Part shown: piece by piece, positions 19,605 to 30,358 of the stretch | Position numbering within the stretch: position 1 is the first letter of the stretch | How the letters are laid out: every line of letters begins with the position of its first letter | Assembly: GCA_044449065.1 (NCBI GenBank) | Contig: JBIOHP010000004.1 | Span: 141,884-205,883 of the forward strand | DNA from: Bacteroidota bacterium | Lineage (GTDB): Bacteria; Bacteroidota; Ignavibacteria; UBA10030; SZUA-254 | DNA: 64,000 bases | Direction of reading: 5' to 3' | The notes under the pieces: model-generated | Database searches by the model: none | Told to the model about the DNA's origin: nothing | What the model saw: the letters and a program-made list of their open reading frames with translations, nothing else | Program-made: the position numbers and the translations under genes

Positions 19605-20635
19605 GCGGCAGCAGTAATAAAATTACCGCAGCGATCACAGCGGTTGGGCATTATTTTCCAGAGAGAGTGTTTTCAAATTTTGATTTTGAAAAAATGATGG
19701 ATACGACCGACGAATGGATTCGAACACGCACAGGAATCATCGAACGGCGCATTCTCGAGAACGGGGCAACCTCCGATCTCTGTGTGCCTGCGATCCAGAT
19801 GGCTCTCCGGAACCGGGGAATTGCGGCAGATGATATCGAAGTGATCATTGTATGTTCCGTCACGCCGGATATGATGTTTCCCTCGACCGCATGCGTGATC
19901 CAGGAGAAGATTGGCGCAAAAAAAGCGTGGGGGTTTGACCTTTCGGCTGCATGTTCGGGATTTCTTTTCGGGTTGACCGTTGGAGCAAAATTAGTGGAAT
20001 CGGGCGCACATAAAAAAGTGATCGTTGTCGGCGCTGATAAGATGAGCAGCATTCTCGATTATACCGATAGGAATACCTGTATCCTGTTTGGCGATGGAGC
20101 AGGCGCAGTGCTTCTGGAACCCAGCGATGATCCCGGTATCGGCGTGCTCGACCATGTTTTATATTGCGATGGCAGTGGCGGAAAATATCTCAACATGAAA
20201 GGAGGCGGCAGTTTGAATCCTCCGACTCATGAGACCGTTGACGCGAAAATGCATTCTGTTTATCAGGATGGCAAAGCCGTTTTTAAAGTTGCGGTAATCG
20301 GCATGGCTGACGCTTCTGCTGAAATTATGACGAGGAACAATCTTGAAGCAAGCGACATCGCCTATCTTGTCCCTCACCAGGCAAATCTCAGAATCATCGA
20401 CGCCTGCCGCGAACGCATGGGACTGGATCCATCGAAAGTGATGATTAACATCGACCGTTATGGCAATACCACCGCTGCCACAATACCTTCCTGTTTATCG
20501 GAATGGTATCAATGCGGAAAAATAAAACGCGGGGATAACCTGGTGCTCTCCAGCTTCGGCGCTGGATATACATGGGGCGCGATTCTTGTGAAGTGGGCTA
20601 TTACTAATCCCAATCCCCAACAGGGCAAGTGCTAA
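19601..20635 (+). CDS. fabH: 3-oxoacyl-ACP synthase III
   Basis: DLSAACSGF, LFGDGAGA, PHQANLRII, GNTTAATIP, FGAGYTWG. Confidence 0.97.
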   Translation: MSGSSNKITAAITAVGHYFPERVFSNFDFEKMMDTTDEWIRTRTGIIERRILENGATSDLCVPAIQMALRNRGIAADDIEVIIVCSVTPDMMFPSTACVIQEKIGAKKAWGFDLSAACSGFLFGLTVGAKLVESGAHKKVIVVGADKMSSILDYTDRNTCILFGDGAGAVLLEPSDDPGIGVLDHVLYCDGSGGKYLNMKGGGSLNPPTHETVDAKMHSVYQDGKAVFKVAVIGMADASAEIMTRNNLEASDIAYLVPHQANLRIIDACRERMGLDPSKVMINIDRYGNTTAATIPSCLSEWYQCGKIKRGDNLVLSSFGAGYTWGAILVKWAITNPNPQQGKC

Positions 20636-21558
20636 CGATGTCCCGCACAGCATATATTTTCCCGGGTCAGGGTTCCCAGTATGTGGGAATGGGTAAAGAT
20701 CTTTATGAACAAAACTCTGAAGCCCGTTCACTCTTCAAACGAGCAGATGACATCCTTGGTTTTTCACTGAGTAAAATATGTTTCGAAGGTCCGGAAAAGG
20801 AACTTAAACAGACAAAAAATACCCAGCCGGCGATCTTCCTCCACAGCATCATCCTAACCAGGATTATGGAACCGGAGGAAGTTGATATGGCTGCGGGACA
20901 CTCGCTCGGCGAGTATTCCGCGCTGGTCTTTGCTGGAGCAATGAGCTTTGAAGATGGGTTAACGATTGTACGGCTCCGCGGCGAATTGATGCAAGAGGCG
21001 GGTGAAAAACAACCCGGCACAATGGCGGCAGTCGTTGGAATTGAAAAAGCGCAGCTCGAAGACATCTGCCGTGAAGCTTCCGCTGCAGGGATCGTTCAAT
21101 GCGCGAATTATAACTCGCCAGGGCAGATCGTCATTAGCGGTTCGGTTTCCGGAGTGCGTAAAGCGATGGAAATTGCCAAAGCACTGGGCGCGAAACTCGT
21201 GAAAGAACTCATAGTTAGCGGCGCTTTTCACTCTCCGCTAATGCGGAGCGCTAAAGAAAATTTGCAAAAGGCGCTCCAAAGCGTTACTATCAACGATGCG
21301 AAGATTCCGGTTTATGCCAACGTGACGGCAAAACCGGCATCCAGCGCAAGCGATATAAGGCAGCTCCTTGTTGAGCAGATCGATCATCCGGTTCGCTGGG
21401 AAGAAACGATTGAAGCCATGGGGGGCGCCGGCGCGACAAGATTTATAGAGATCGGACCCGGGAAAGTTCTCCAAGGACTGAATAAACGAATCAATGCGAC
21501 TCTTGAAACGAGCGGTATAGACAAAATAAACGACGTTGTGAAATTAATTACAGGATAA
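20629..21558 (+). CDS. fabD: Malonyl-CoA:ACP transacylase
   Basis: FPGQGSQ, GHSLGEY, SGAFHSPLM, GPGKVLQGL. Confidence 0.97.
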   Translation: MLTMSRTAYIFPGQGSQYVGMGKDLYEQNSEARSLFKRADDILGFSLSKICFEGPEKELKQTKNTQPAIFLHSIILTRIMEPEEVDMAAGHSLGEYSALVFAGAMSFEDGLTIVRLRGELMQEAGEKQPGTMAAVVGIEKAQLEDICREASAAGIVQCANYNSPGQIVISGSVSGVRKAMEIAKALGAKLVKELIVSGAFHSPLMRSAKENLQKALQSVTINDAKIPVYANVTAKPASSASDIRQLLVEQIDHPVRWEETIEAMGGAGATRFIEIGPGKVLQGLNKRINATLETSGIDKINDVVKLITG

Positions 21559-21566
21559 GATAACCG

Positions 21567-22310
21567 ATGGGCAATCTCGATAAAAAAATTGCGTTAGTAA
21601 CTGGCGGATCAAGGGGAATTGGAAAAGCTATCGCAGTCAGCTTAGCTGAAGCGGGAGCTTCTGTCATGATCTTAGACGTGTTGCCGATGGAAGAGATTAA
21701 CAAAACTGTGGACGAACTGCGGAAATTAGGCGTTTCATCCGCTGCCTATCAGGCAGACGCCCGCTCCTTTGAACAAGCGGCGAAGACCATCGATGAGATT
21801 GTTAAAGAGTATCAACGAATAGATATCCTAGTGAACAATGCCGGGATTACGCGCGACAACTTGCTGCTCAGGATGAGCGAAGAGGATTGGAATGCTGTCC
21901 TCGATATCAATTTGAAGAGCGTCTTTAATTTCACTAAAGCCGCAAGCAAGCACATGATGAGTCAGCGGTCGGGTAAAATAATCAGCATTGCGTCCGTGGT
22001 GGGTATCATGGGTAATGCGGGACAGGCAAATTACTCCGCTTCGAAAGCGGGTATTATCGGATTCACAAAATCGATTGCTAAAGAACTCGGATCCCGTAAC
22101 ATCCAGGTCAATGCCGTCGCGCCCGGATTTATTGAAACTCCCATGACGGCAAAATTAAACGAAGAGCAGCGGAAAAAACTTGCAGATACAATTCCACTGA
22201 AACGCATCGGTAAACCGGAAGATGTCGCAGCCGCGGTTCGTTTCCTTGCTTCCCCCGAAGCGGATTATATCTCCGGTCAGGTGCTCTGCGTCGATGGCGG
22301 TATGTTATAA
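21567..22310 (+). CDS. fabG: 3-oxoacyl-ACP reductase
   Basis: TGGSRGIG, NNAGITRD, GNAGQANYSASKAG, VDGGM. Confidence 0.97.
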   Translation: MGNLDKKIALVTGGSRGIGKAIAVSLAEAGASVMILDVLPMEEINKTVDELRKLGVSSAAYQADARSFEQAAKTIDEIVKEYQRIDILVNNAGITRDNLLLRMSEEDWNAVLDINLKSVFNFTKAASKHMMSQRSGKIISIASVVGIMGNAGQANYSASKAGIIGFTKSIAKELGSRNIQVNAVAPGFIETPMTAKLNEEQRKKLADTIPLKRIGKPEDVAAAVRFLASPEADYISGQVLCVDGGML

Positions 22311-22385
22311 TTATTTAGTAAATCTATAGCTCAACGGTTATTACAGCGAAAGAATTCATTTATCATTAATTAAAGGAACAACAGT

Positions 22386-22628
22386 ATGGCAGACGTAGAT
22401 TCAAAAGTAAAAGAAATCATTATGAATAAGCTTGGCGTTGAAGCTTCCCAGGTCACTCCTGAAGCGTCATTTACCAACGACCTCGGCGCGGATTCTCTGG
22501 ATACCGTCGAATTAGTGATGGAGTTCGAGAAAGCGTTTAATCTGCAAATCCCCGACGAAGACGCTGAAAAAATTTCAACCGTCGGCGACGCAATTACCTA
22601 TATCTCCGGCAAAGCAAAGCAGTTTTAA
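22386..22628 (+). CDS. acpP: Acyl carrier protein
   Basis: [17 protein letters not shown]. Confidence 0.98.
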   Translation: MADVDSKVKEIIMNKLGVEASQVTPEASFTNDLGADSLDTVELVMEFEKAFNLQIPDEDAEKISTVGDAITYISGKAKQF

Positions 22629-22691
22629 CCGGAATCGATTGCATGCCAGCGGTGAACATTCACCGGCGGCAGAGCATTTTTTGGAGAAACC

Positions 22692-23957
22692 ATGAGTACA
22701 TCAAAACAACGTGAACGACGCGTCGTGGTCACCGGTATGGGCGCAGTAACTCCCATCGGCATCGGACTGGATGAATTTTGGAAGAACGCTCTCGCCGGAA
22801 AAAGCGGGGTCGGGAAGATTACATCCTTCGATGTAACTCAATATGATACCAAAATTGCCGCCGAAGTAAAGGGATTTAATCCTCTCGATTATCTTGAGAA
22901 AAAAGAAGTGAACAGGATGGATCCTTTCACGCATTACGCGCTTGCCGCCGCCAAGATGGCTGTCAATCATTCCGCGCTGGATCTTGAAAAAGAAAACCGC
23001 GATCGTATCGGGGTTGTCTTTGGATCCGGAATCGGTGGAATGTGGACATGGCATAAACAAATGCAGACTATGTATGAAACAGGCGGACCCACGCGCATCA
23101 GCCCGTTTTTCGTGCCGATGATGATCGCCGATATAGCCGCAGGGTATATTTCCATGCGGTATAAGGCGCGCGGACCGAATTACGCGACAACTTCGGCGTG
23201 CGCAACTTCCTCTCACGCTATTGCCGACGCGCTTATGCTGATTCAGCGGGGAGACGCCGATGTGATGTTCACCGGCGGCTCGGAAGCGTCCATTTGTCCC
23301 ATGGGGGTTGGTGGTTTTAACGCCATGAAAGCCCTCTCCACCCGCAACGATGAACCGGAGAAGGCGAGCAGGCCCTTCGATCTTAATCGCGATGGTTTCG
23401 TCATGGGCGAAGGCGGAGGCGTGCTTGTGCTCGAGGAACTGCAGCACGCGCTCAACCGCGGCGCTCAAATTTACGCCGAATTGGGCGGCATAGGATTAAC
23501 TGCGGATGCATACCACATCACCGCTCCTGCGCCCGGCGGGGAAGGCGCTATCAGATCGATGCGACTTTGTATGCAGGATGCTAATGTTGCTCCGACCGAG
23601 GTGGATTATATTAACGCTCACGGCACATCAACGCAATACAATGATAAATCTGAAACAGAAGCGATCAAATCGGTCTTTGGGGAATATGCCTATAAGCTTC
23701 ATATCAGCTCGACAAAATCGATGACCGGTCATCTCCTCGGCGCTGCCGGCGCGGTAGAAGCGATCATCGCCATTCTCGCAACCTACCACGACGAGATGCC
23801 TCCAACCATCAATTATGAAACACCTGATCCGGATTGCGATTTGAATTACATCCCTCTCAAATCGATTAAAAAACGGGTTAATTTTGCAATTAGCAACACG
23901 TTCGGTTTTGGCGGACACAACGCTTCACTTCTCTTTAAAAAATTTCCAAATAATTAA
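22692..23957 (+). CDS. fabF: 3-oxoacyl-ACP synthase II
   Basis: RRVVVTGMG, TSACATS, NAHGTST, KSMTGHLLGAAG, NTFGFGGHN. Confidence 0.97.
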   Translation: MSTSKQRERRVVVTGMGAVTPIGIGLDEFWKNALAGKSGVGKITSFDVTQYDTKIAAEVKGFNPLDYLEKKEVNRMDPFTHYALAAAKMAVNHSALDLEKENRDRIGVVFGSGIGGMWTWHKQMQTMYETGGPTRISPFFVPMMIADIAAGYISMRYKARGPNYATTSACATSSHAIADALMLIQRGDADVMFTGGSEASICPMGVGGFNAMKALSTRNDEPEKASRPFDLNRDGFVMGEGGGVLVLEELQHALNRGAQIYAELGGIGLTADAYHITAPAPGGEGAIRSMRLCMQDANVAPTEVDYINAHGTSTQYNDKSETEAIKSVFGEYAYKLHISSTKSMTGHLLGAAGAVEAIIAILATYHDEMPPTINYETPDPDCDLNYIPLKSIKKRVNFAISNTFGFGGHNASLLFKKFPNN

Positions 23958-23969
23958 ACGATTTAGGTT

Positions 23970-24737
23970 ATGAATCTTTTTCGCCGTCTTGTTGATTTCA
24001 TCAGCAAGGGTGGATCGGGGGGGCGCACAGACGCCGTCTCCGAAGTTGATTTTGAACAACTCGGAAAAGCGTTGCAGTATCAAATCAAAAACACCGGGAT
24101 ATTTTCAGAGGCGCTTTCCCACCGTTCATACCTGCAGGAACAGGGTCCCGGTAATTCGATTTCGTACGAGCGCCTGGAATTCCTGGGGGACTCGATTCTC
24201 AATTTCATCGTCGCGGAACACCTGTTTCATCAGCATACGAGCGCGGAAGAAGGCGATCTGACAAAAATCCGCTCTCGCCTGGTAAACAGAAAATCCCTCA
24301 ATGTGTATTCCAAACAAACTCATCTTGAAAAATATATCTTGATGAGCGACAACGTATCGCGGCTCGGCGAACGGGGGACGGAGAAAATTTTAGCCGATGC
24401 ATTCGAAGCGGTCATCGCGGCAGTGTATCTTGACGGCGGGTTTGAAGAAGCCCGCCGGCTCGTGGAACGGGAAATGCAAACTGCGATCAACAGTGGAGCA
24501 ATTAAAATGGAGGATGAGAATTTCAAAAGCCAGCTTCTCGAATATTCCCAGGGAGTAGGGTTCGGCGTTCCGCGGTATGTTACGGTGCACGAAGAAGGTC
24601 CCGATCATGACCGCACCTTCACCATCGAAGTGTATCTCGAATATAAGCCGTACGGCGTGGGGATGGGAAAAAATAAAAAAGACGCGGAACAGGCAGCCGC
24701 CGAAGAAGCGCTGCAAAAAATACAGGCAATAGGATAA
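23970..24737 (+). CDS. rnc: Ribonuclease III
   Basis: ERLEFLGDSIL, ADAFEAVIAAVYLD, C-terminal dsRBD. Confidence 0.97.
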   Translation: MNLFRRLVDFISKGGSGGRTDAVSEVDFEQLGKALQYQIKNTGIFSEALSHRSYLQEQGPGNSISYERLEFLGDSILNFIVAEHLFHQHTSAEEGDLTKIRSRLVNRKSLNVYSKQTHLEKYILMSDNVSRLGERGTEKILADAFEAVIAAVYLDGGFEEARRLVEREMQTAINSGAIKMEDENFKSQLLEYSQGVGFGVPRYVTVHEEGPDHDRTFTIEVYLEYKPYGVGMGKNKKDAEQAAAEEALQKIQAIG

Positions 24738-24776
24738 TTTGAATATTCGTATATTGATGATACAAAAACACTAAAC

Positions 24777-26177
24777 ATGATGATATTGGGTTTGTACGGT
24801 ATACGTATCCCGGAGCGTACGCTTCGGGATACTTTTTTTAGTCGCGCTCTGCGTCTTTTATATCTGCTTGGATTATTCTTCCTGCCGATGCAATACGCGT
24901 TTAGCCAGGATTCATCCGCAGTTCATCGTGATACGCTTTCGGGATTCGATGCTCCCTTAACCCTCGATTCCGTGATCATTTCCGGCAACGAACATACCAA
25001 AGATATGGTCATACTCAGGGAAATGTCGCTCAAACCCGGTATGCAAATGACTCCCGAATACCTCCAATACGATCAGGCGAGAATTTACAGCGTCGGTTTG
25101 TTCACGCAGGTTGAAATGCGCGTGAACCCCACCACACCGGGAAAAGGAAATCTCGAAGTGCATGTCCGCGAGCGATGGTATATTATTCCGTTTCCGGTGT
25201 TCGGGATTAAAGAGGGCGATTGGCACAAGGCATTTTACGGCGCGGGTCTGCTCCATAATAATTTCCGCGGGAGAGACGAAAAACTCTATGTTATCGGCGC
25301 GGTGGGGTACGATCCGTGGGGATCGATCTCATACCGTAATCCATTCCTCGACGATCTTGGCTCATACAATTATGATGGACGACTCGGTTATAGCCGGATC
25401 AGCAATAAAAGCCAGCAGTTTGCGGCATATCCAAACTTTGATGAAAACCATTTTGCGTTTTCGAACACTGTGGGAAAACGGTTCAACAATTATAACATAG
25501 CGTCGCTTTCTGCGGAATATGACGTGGTGGGGATGTCCGAGAGCGTTCCAAATGCGACTATCTCCAGCAGCGGCACCGACAGGTTTTTTGTCTTTGGCGC
25601 CGGCTATACATTCGACACCCGCGACCTGGCGGAATTTCCCGGAAGCGGCGTATTCACGAGAACTTCCATCACGAAATATGGATTACCCGGGAAGGAACTC
25701 GATAACGTCCGCTACGCATTGGATATCAGGGGCTTTGTTCCTCTCACTGAGGGATTCGTTTCCGCCTCCCGCTTCTATACAAACGTGATGGCTGGCAGCA
25801 GGTCTCCAAGTTACAATCATGTGTATTTCGGTTATGAGTACCGTATCCGCGGTCATTATGGTCAGACAACCGAAGGCGAAAACATCATGGGGACGTCAAC
25901 CGAAGTGCGATATGCGCTTTTTGCGCCCAGATATTACAAGGTGGATTTTTTACCCGAACAATTCGGCGTCTGGCGTTTTGCAATCGCACTTGCCCTGTTT
26001 GCAGACGCCGGCGAAGCATGGTTCCGAGGACAACCGCTTGCGATCAACTCTTTCGAGGGCGGATACGGCGCGGGAATCGATTTTCTCCTGCCATATAGTC
26101 TTGTGGTGCGGACGGAGTATGCCATCAATGAAGTGCACCGCGGACAGTTTATTGTCGATCTTGGCGCAGCGTTTTGA
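24777..26177 (+). CDS. BamA/TamA (Omp85)-family outer membrane protein with a single POTRA domain
   Basis: ISGNEHTKDMVILREM POTRA, NNFRGRDE, beta-barrel with RIRGH (RGY-like lid motif), terminal Phe. Confidence 0.8.
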   Translation: MMILGLYGIRIPERTLRDTFFSRALRLLYLLGLFFLPMQYAFSQDSSAVHRDTLSGFDAPLTLDSVIISGNEHTKDMVILREMSLKPGMQMTPEYLQYDQARIYSVGLFTQVEMRVNPTTPGKGNLEVHVRERWYIIPFPVFGIKEGDWHKAFYGAGLLHNNFRGRDEKLYVIGAVGYDPWGSISYRNPFLDDLGSYNYDGRLGYSRISNKSQQFAAYPNFDENHFAFSNTVGKRFNNYNIASLSAEYDVVGMSESVPNATISSSGTDRFFVFGAGYTFDTRDLAEFPGSGVFTRTSITKYGLPGKELDNVRYALDIRGFVPLTEGFVSASRFYTNVMAGSRSPSYNHVYFGYEYRIRGHYGQTTEGENIMGTSTEVRYALFAPRYYKVDFLPEQFGVWRFAIALALFADAGEAWFRGQPLAINSFEGGYGAGIDFLLPYSLVVRTEYAINEVHRGQFIVDLGAAF

Positions 26178-26218
26178 TGAACTACACTGTTTTAAATAAT
26201 CATCTCCAGGAATAACGT

Positions 26219-26941
26219 TTGATCAGCACGGTAGATTATTTTTATTGTCCCCCCGAACATATTTCCGGCGATACGTTTACTATCGGGGATGACGAGTTCA
26301 AACACCTCGTTCATGTGATGCGCAAGAAAGCGGGCGACGCCATCCGCATTGTCGATGGAAAGGGATGCGCGTACGACGCAGTTCTGGAGGATCTGAAAAA
26401 GAAAACCGCCTCCGGCAGAATTACCGCCGTGTACCGCGATCATAACGAGCCACCCCTTCGTATCACCGTCGCCGCGGGAGTGTTAAAAAATCCATCGCGG
26501 TTCGATTTCCTTGTAGAGAAAGCGACCGAGCTTGGCGTGACAAAAATCCTTCCCATGACGACCCGCCGCGTCATCACCGGTCACGCAAAAACGGATCGAT
26601 GGCAAAAATTAGCGCTTGCGGCGATGAAACAATCGTGCCGTTCGTTCCTGCCGGAAGTTACGCCGCTCACGCGGCTCAACGATATCATGAAATCGGATGA
26701 AAAATTCGATCTAAAAATAATAGCCCACGAACATGCCGGCGAAACGGGCAGCATAAAACATCTTCAACCCGGCACTGCCGAAAATATTCTCCTGCTCATA
26801 GGTCCGGAGGGCGGATTCACCGACGAAGAAGTTGATTCCTGCATCGCCGCCGGATATAAACCCTTATACATGGGGGCGCGCCGCCTGAGAACGGAAACCG
26901 CAGCAATTACCGCTTTGGCGCTGTTGATGAATCTTTCATAA
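26219..26941 (+). CDS. rsmE: 16S rRNA m3U1498 methyltransferase
   Basis: HLVHVMR, LVEKATELGV, IGPEGGF, RLRTETA. Confidence 0.95.
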   Translation: MISTVDYFYCPPEHISGDTFTIGDDEFKHLVHVMRKKAGDAIRIVDGKGCAYDAVLEDLKKKTASGRITAVYRDHNEPPLRITVAAGVLKNPSRFDFLVEKATELGVTKILPMTTRRVITGHAKTDRWQKLALAAMKQSCRSFLPEVTPLTRLNDIMKSDEKFDLKIIAHEHAGETGSIKHLQPGTAENILLLIGPEGGFTDEEVDSCIAAGYKPLYMGARRLRTETAAITALALLMNLS

Positions 26942-27084
26942 CTCTGCGCACGGGTCGTTTAGTTTCTCAGGTTTTATTCCCTGAGTATGAGAAGCTGTAA
27001 AAAGTCGCGTAGGGACGTGATGTCTATCGCTGGCGACCAAGCTGATTACAGTAGAGCCCCAGCGGGGTGGGATGTTGTCCTGGC

Positions 27085-28005
27085 GTTGAACGCGATTTAT
27101 TTCGTTCAGTAGTTAATCTCTATTCAGCTAATGGAAATAATCCGGTTATTAAATCCGAATGAGATAAATCTCATTCAATAATAAACATTTCTAAAATAAA
27201 ATTTCAATATATTGAATTACGTAATATCCCGGTTTCTTAATTTCAACCACAAGGGTTTCTCCATTGTCTTCCGACGAAAAACTCTCGCGCCTCAATCGCA
27301 CCATCATCAACTGCCGTCTTTGCTCCCGGTTAGTTGAATGGCGCGAGGAAATAGCCCGCATCAAGGTCGCGCGATTCCGCGATGAGGCATATTGGGGAAA
27401 ACCGGTGCCGGGCTTCGGTGATTCGTCTGCCCGTGTATTAATTGTCGGGTTGGCGCCTGCCGCTCATGGGGCAAACCGCACAGGCAGAATGTTTACCGGC
27501 GACCGGAGCGGCGAGTGGATGTACCGCGCGCTGCATAAATCCGGTTTCAGCTCGCAGCCGGTTTCTCTCTGCCGCGATGATGAATTGCATCTGAACAATT
27601 GTTATATTACAGCATCCGTACGATGCGCTCCTCCGGCAAATAAACCGCTGCCCGATGAACTTCACAATTGCAGACCGTATTTCCTCAAGGAATTACAGTA
27701 CTTAAAAAATATCAGCGTTATCGTCGGGTTGGGGAAAATTGCCTGCGATACTATTTTCGCCGCGTATAAACAATCGGGGATGACGGAGTTACAGCGGCAG
27801 GTTAAATTTGGACATGGCGTCGAAACGAGATTGAACGAGCGGCAACTATTGATCGCATCGTATCATCCCAGCCAGCAAAATACATTCACCGGTAAATTGA
27901 CCGAACCGATGTTTGACGCAATTTTTTGCCGTGCACGGGAAGTTGTTGAAGTGAATTGACAATGAAATATTGTTTTTAGGGTTGAACGAAATTTATTTCG
28001 TTCAA
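27085..28005. repeat. Three copies of a 20-25 bp palindrome (27085-27108, 27157-27176, 27981-28005) flanking the UDG gene
   Basis: gttgaacgcgatttatttcgttca; gaatgagataaatctcattc; gttgaacgaaatttatttcgttcaa. Confidence 0.65.
27264..27959 (+). CDS. Uracil-DNA glycosylase, family 5 (UdgB-like, Fe-S)
   Basis: CRLCSRL, GLAPAAHGANRTGRMFTGD, VRCAPPANKP, SYHPSQQNTFTGKLT. Confidence 0.92.
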   Translation: MSSDEKLSRLNRTIINCRLCSRLVEWREEIARIKVARFRDEAYWGKPVPGFGDSSARVLIVGLAPAAHGANRTGRMFTGDRSGEWMYRALHKSGFSSQPVSLCRDDELHLNNCYITASVRCAPPANKPLPDELHNCRPYFLKELQYLKNISVIVGLGKIACDTIFAAYKQSGMTELQRQVKFGHGVETRLNERQLLIASYHPSQQNTFTGKLTEPMFDAIFCRAREVVEVN

Positions 28006-28044
28006 GAAAAGAAATATAAACAATAAGCAAGAACGAGAAAAATA

Positions 28045-28166
28045 GACTCTCTGAAAACTTCGCTTCGGGCTTTAAACTATATTCAAATTTTTGCAATTGG
28101 CATCGATATAAGGAGATTGCTACTCCCGACTGCGGTCGGGATCGCAATGACGGTACTCACAAGCTC
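28045..28166 (+). mobile_element. MITE-like element, copy 2 (degenerate right end)
   Basis: gactctctgaaaac..ttaaactatattcaaa..catcgatataaggagattgc-tcccgactgcggtcggga-tcgcaatgac; matches copies 1 and 3. Confidence 0.75.
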
Positions 28167-28221
28167 GCAATCTCGTTAAACACAAGTGTATTTAAGCACA
28201 AGAATTACATGAAAATAATAT

Positions 28222-28986
28222 ATGAATGAATTTAAAAATAAAGTCATGATCGTAACCGGCGCGTCGAGCGGTATCGGCAAAGCGACGGCGCTGCTCGCTG
28301 CAAAACGCGGCGCAAACGTCGTTATCGTGGCGCGAAGGGAAAAAGAATTGCGCAACGTTGCGGGATACATCTCGCCCAATAATGTCGAAATTGTCCCCGC
28401 AGACGTCACCCAGGAACCCGACCGCCAGAATATCGTCAACAGCGCCATTGACCGGTTCGGGGGGATAGATATTCTCATCAACGCGGCGGGCATTATCGGC
28501 AACGGCACTCTCGAAAATACTTCGCTGGAACAATGGGATTACATGATGGACGTCAACCTGCGTTCGTTGTTCCGTTTGACGCAGCTCTGCCTCCCGCGGA
28601 TCATCGAACGAAAAGGAAATATCGTCAATGTTTCGAGCGTGACGGGTGTACGTTCGTTCCCGAACGTGATGGCGTATTGCGTGAGCAAAGCGGGAGTTGA
28701 CCAGCTTACCCATTGCGCCGCGCTTGAGCTGGGACCCAAAGGGGTGCGCGTGAACGCAATCGATCCCGGCGTCATCCGCACAAACCTCCACCGCACCAGC
28801 GGGATGGCGGAAGATCAGTATCAGAAATTTCTTGAACACAGCAAAACCACGCACCCGCTCGGCAGGGTCGGCGATCCCGAAGATGCCGCGGAGCTGATCC
28901 TGTTTCTCGCTTCCGACGCCGCGGGATGGATCACCGGCGGCAGTTTCAGCATCGATGGTGGCAGGGCGCAAACCTGCGCAAGATAA
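28222..28986 (+). CDS. Short-chain dehydrogenase/reductase
   Basis: TGASSGIG, INAAG, YCVSK (YxxxK), IDGG. Confidence 0.93.
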   Translation: MNEFKNKVMIVTGASSGIGKATALLAAKRGANVVIVARREKELRNVAGYISPNNVEIVPADVTQEPDRQNIVNSAIDRFGGIDILINAAGIIGNGTLENTSLEQWDYMMDVNLRSLFRLTQLCLPRIIERKGNIVNVSSVTGVRSFPNVMAYCVSKAGVDQLTHCAALELGPKGVRVNAIDPGVIRTNLHRTSGMAEDQYQKFLEHSKTTHPLGRVGDPEDAAELILFLASDAAGWITGGSFSIDGGRAQTCAR

Positions 28987-29003
28987 AAAAGTATAATAAC
29001 AAC

Positions 29004-30239
29004 ATGAGAAAGAATACATTTATGAAAACCTCTAAAAAATCCGGCAAAAAATCTTCCCTGTCGCTCGCGACAAGAGCGATTCACGGAAATAATCTGCAGG
29101 CGTTCCGGGGTCCCGTAACATATCCGATCTACCAGACCACAACGTACCGCTTCGAAAACTCCAACGACGCGGTCCGGTATTCGAAAGGGGATGAATCGGT
29201 TTATGTCTATACGCGGTATCACAACCCCACGGTGAAGGAAGCGGAAGACCGTCTTGCCCTGATGGAAGGCGGCGAAGTCGCGGGGTTGTTTTCCTCCGGC
29301 ATGGCTGCAATTTCTTCCACTATCATGGCATTATGCGGAAGCGGCGACGAGATTGTGAGCACGCCCGCCCTGTACGGCGGTACGTACCGTTTCTTCCGGG
29401 ATACCCTGCCGCAATTCGGCGTGAACACGAAATATGTCGATCAGGACGCGCTGGAGGAATTGCTTTATCTTATAACGCCGAAAACAAAAGTGGTGTACCT
29501 GGAATCGCCCACCAATCCCACGCTCAGGATTGTCGATATCGCCAAATTGGTGAAACTCACAAGGAACGCCGAGAAGGAGTTCGGGACAAAAATTACCATC
29601 GTTATTGATAACACGTTCGCGACCATCCTCAATCAAAAACCGTTCGAGTACGGAGTTGATCTTATCGTGGAAAGCACGACCAAATATTTGGGCGGGCATA
29701 CCGATCTGATGGGCGGAGTCGTGATCGGTCCGAAGAGCATACTGCAAAAAATCAAGGGAATTGCGAAGCATCTCGGCGGGTGCGCCGATCCGTTTGCGGC
29801 GTTCCTCCTGCTGAGGAGCTTAAAAACCTTTGAGATGCGGATGACCCGCCACAATGAAAATGCCCTGGCGCTCGCGAAAACCCTGGAAAAACATCCCAAA
29901 GTCGTGCAGGTGCTCTACCCGGGATTGCCCTCGTTCCGGCAGCACAAGCTGGCGAAAAAACAGATGAGCGGATTCGGCGGGATGGTGACTATCGAGGTGA
30001 AGGGCGGCGTGAAAGCCGCTATGAAAGTGGCGGATAGTCTGCGCGTTGCGGTCAATGCGATGTCGCTTGGCGGCGTGGAAACGCTGGTAAGCATTCCGGT
30101 TTATTCCTCCCATGTGAACATGGGCGCGGACGAATTGCAGCGCCACGGCGTCTCGCCCGGGATGATCCGTATTTCCGTCGGATTGGAAGCGGTCGAAGAT
30201 CTTATCAACGATTTTAAGCAGGCGCTGAGGAAGATATAA
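29004..30239 (+). CDS. PLP-dependent trans-sulfuration enzyme (methionine gamma-lyase / cystathionine gamma-synthase family); start 29004 or 29022
   Basis: YTRYHNPT, FSSGMAAI, ESPTNP, DNTFAT, STTKYLGGHTD, SLGGVETL, RISVGLE. Confidence 0.92.
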   Translation: MRKNTFMKTSKKSGKKSSLSLATRAIHGNNLQAFRGPVTYPIYQTTTYRFENSNDAVRYSKGDESVYVYTRYHNPTVKEAEDRLALMEGGEVAGLFSSGMAAISSTIMALCGSGDEIVSTPALYGGTYRFFRDTLPQFGVNTKYVDQDALEELLYLITPKTKVVYLESPTNPTLRIVDIAKLVKLTRNAEKEFGTKITIVIDNTFATILNQKPFEYGVDLIVESTTKYLGGHTDLMGGVVIGPKSILQKIKGIAKHLGGCADPFAAFLLLRSLKTFEMRMTRHNENALALAKTLEKHPKVVQVLYPGLPSFRQHKLAKKQMSGFGGMVTIEVKGGVKAAMKVADSLRVAVNAMSLGGVETLVSIPVYSSHVNMGADELQRHGVSPGMIRISVGLEAVEDLINDFKQALRKI

Positions 30240-30299
30240 ATTCAAATGCTGAGGTATTAGAAAAATTGAATATTTTAAATTATCTGGATGGTAACCTCT

Positions 30300-30336
30300 A
30301 AAAAAAAACCTGAAACAACATGTCTCAGGTTTTTTT
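30300..30336. terminator. Bidirectional intrinsic terminator between convergent genes
   Basis: A9-CCTGA-loop-TCAGG-T7. Confidence 0.8.
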
Positions 30337-30358
30337 GTTTTACCGTCTCCAGTCGAGT

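Noticed and set aside
22701-23468. 255-aa antisense ORF
   Set aside because: Shadow of fabF, no motifs
28192-29019. 275-aa antisense ORF
   Set aside because: Shadow of the SDR gene on the opposite strand; long antisense frames are common for SDR genes
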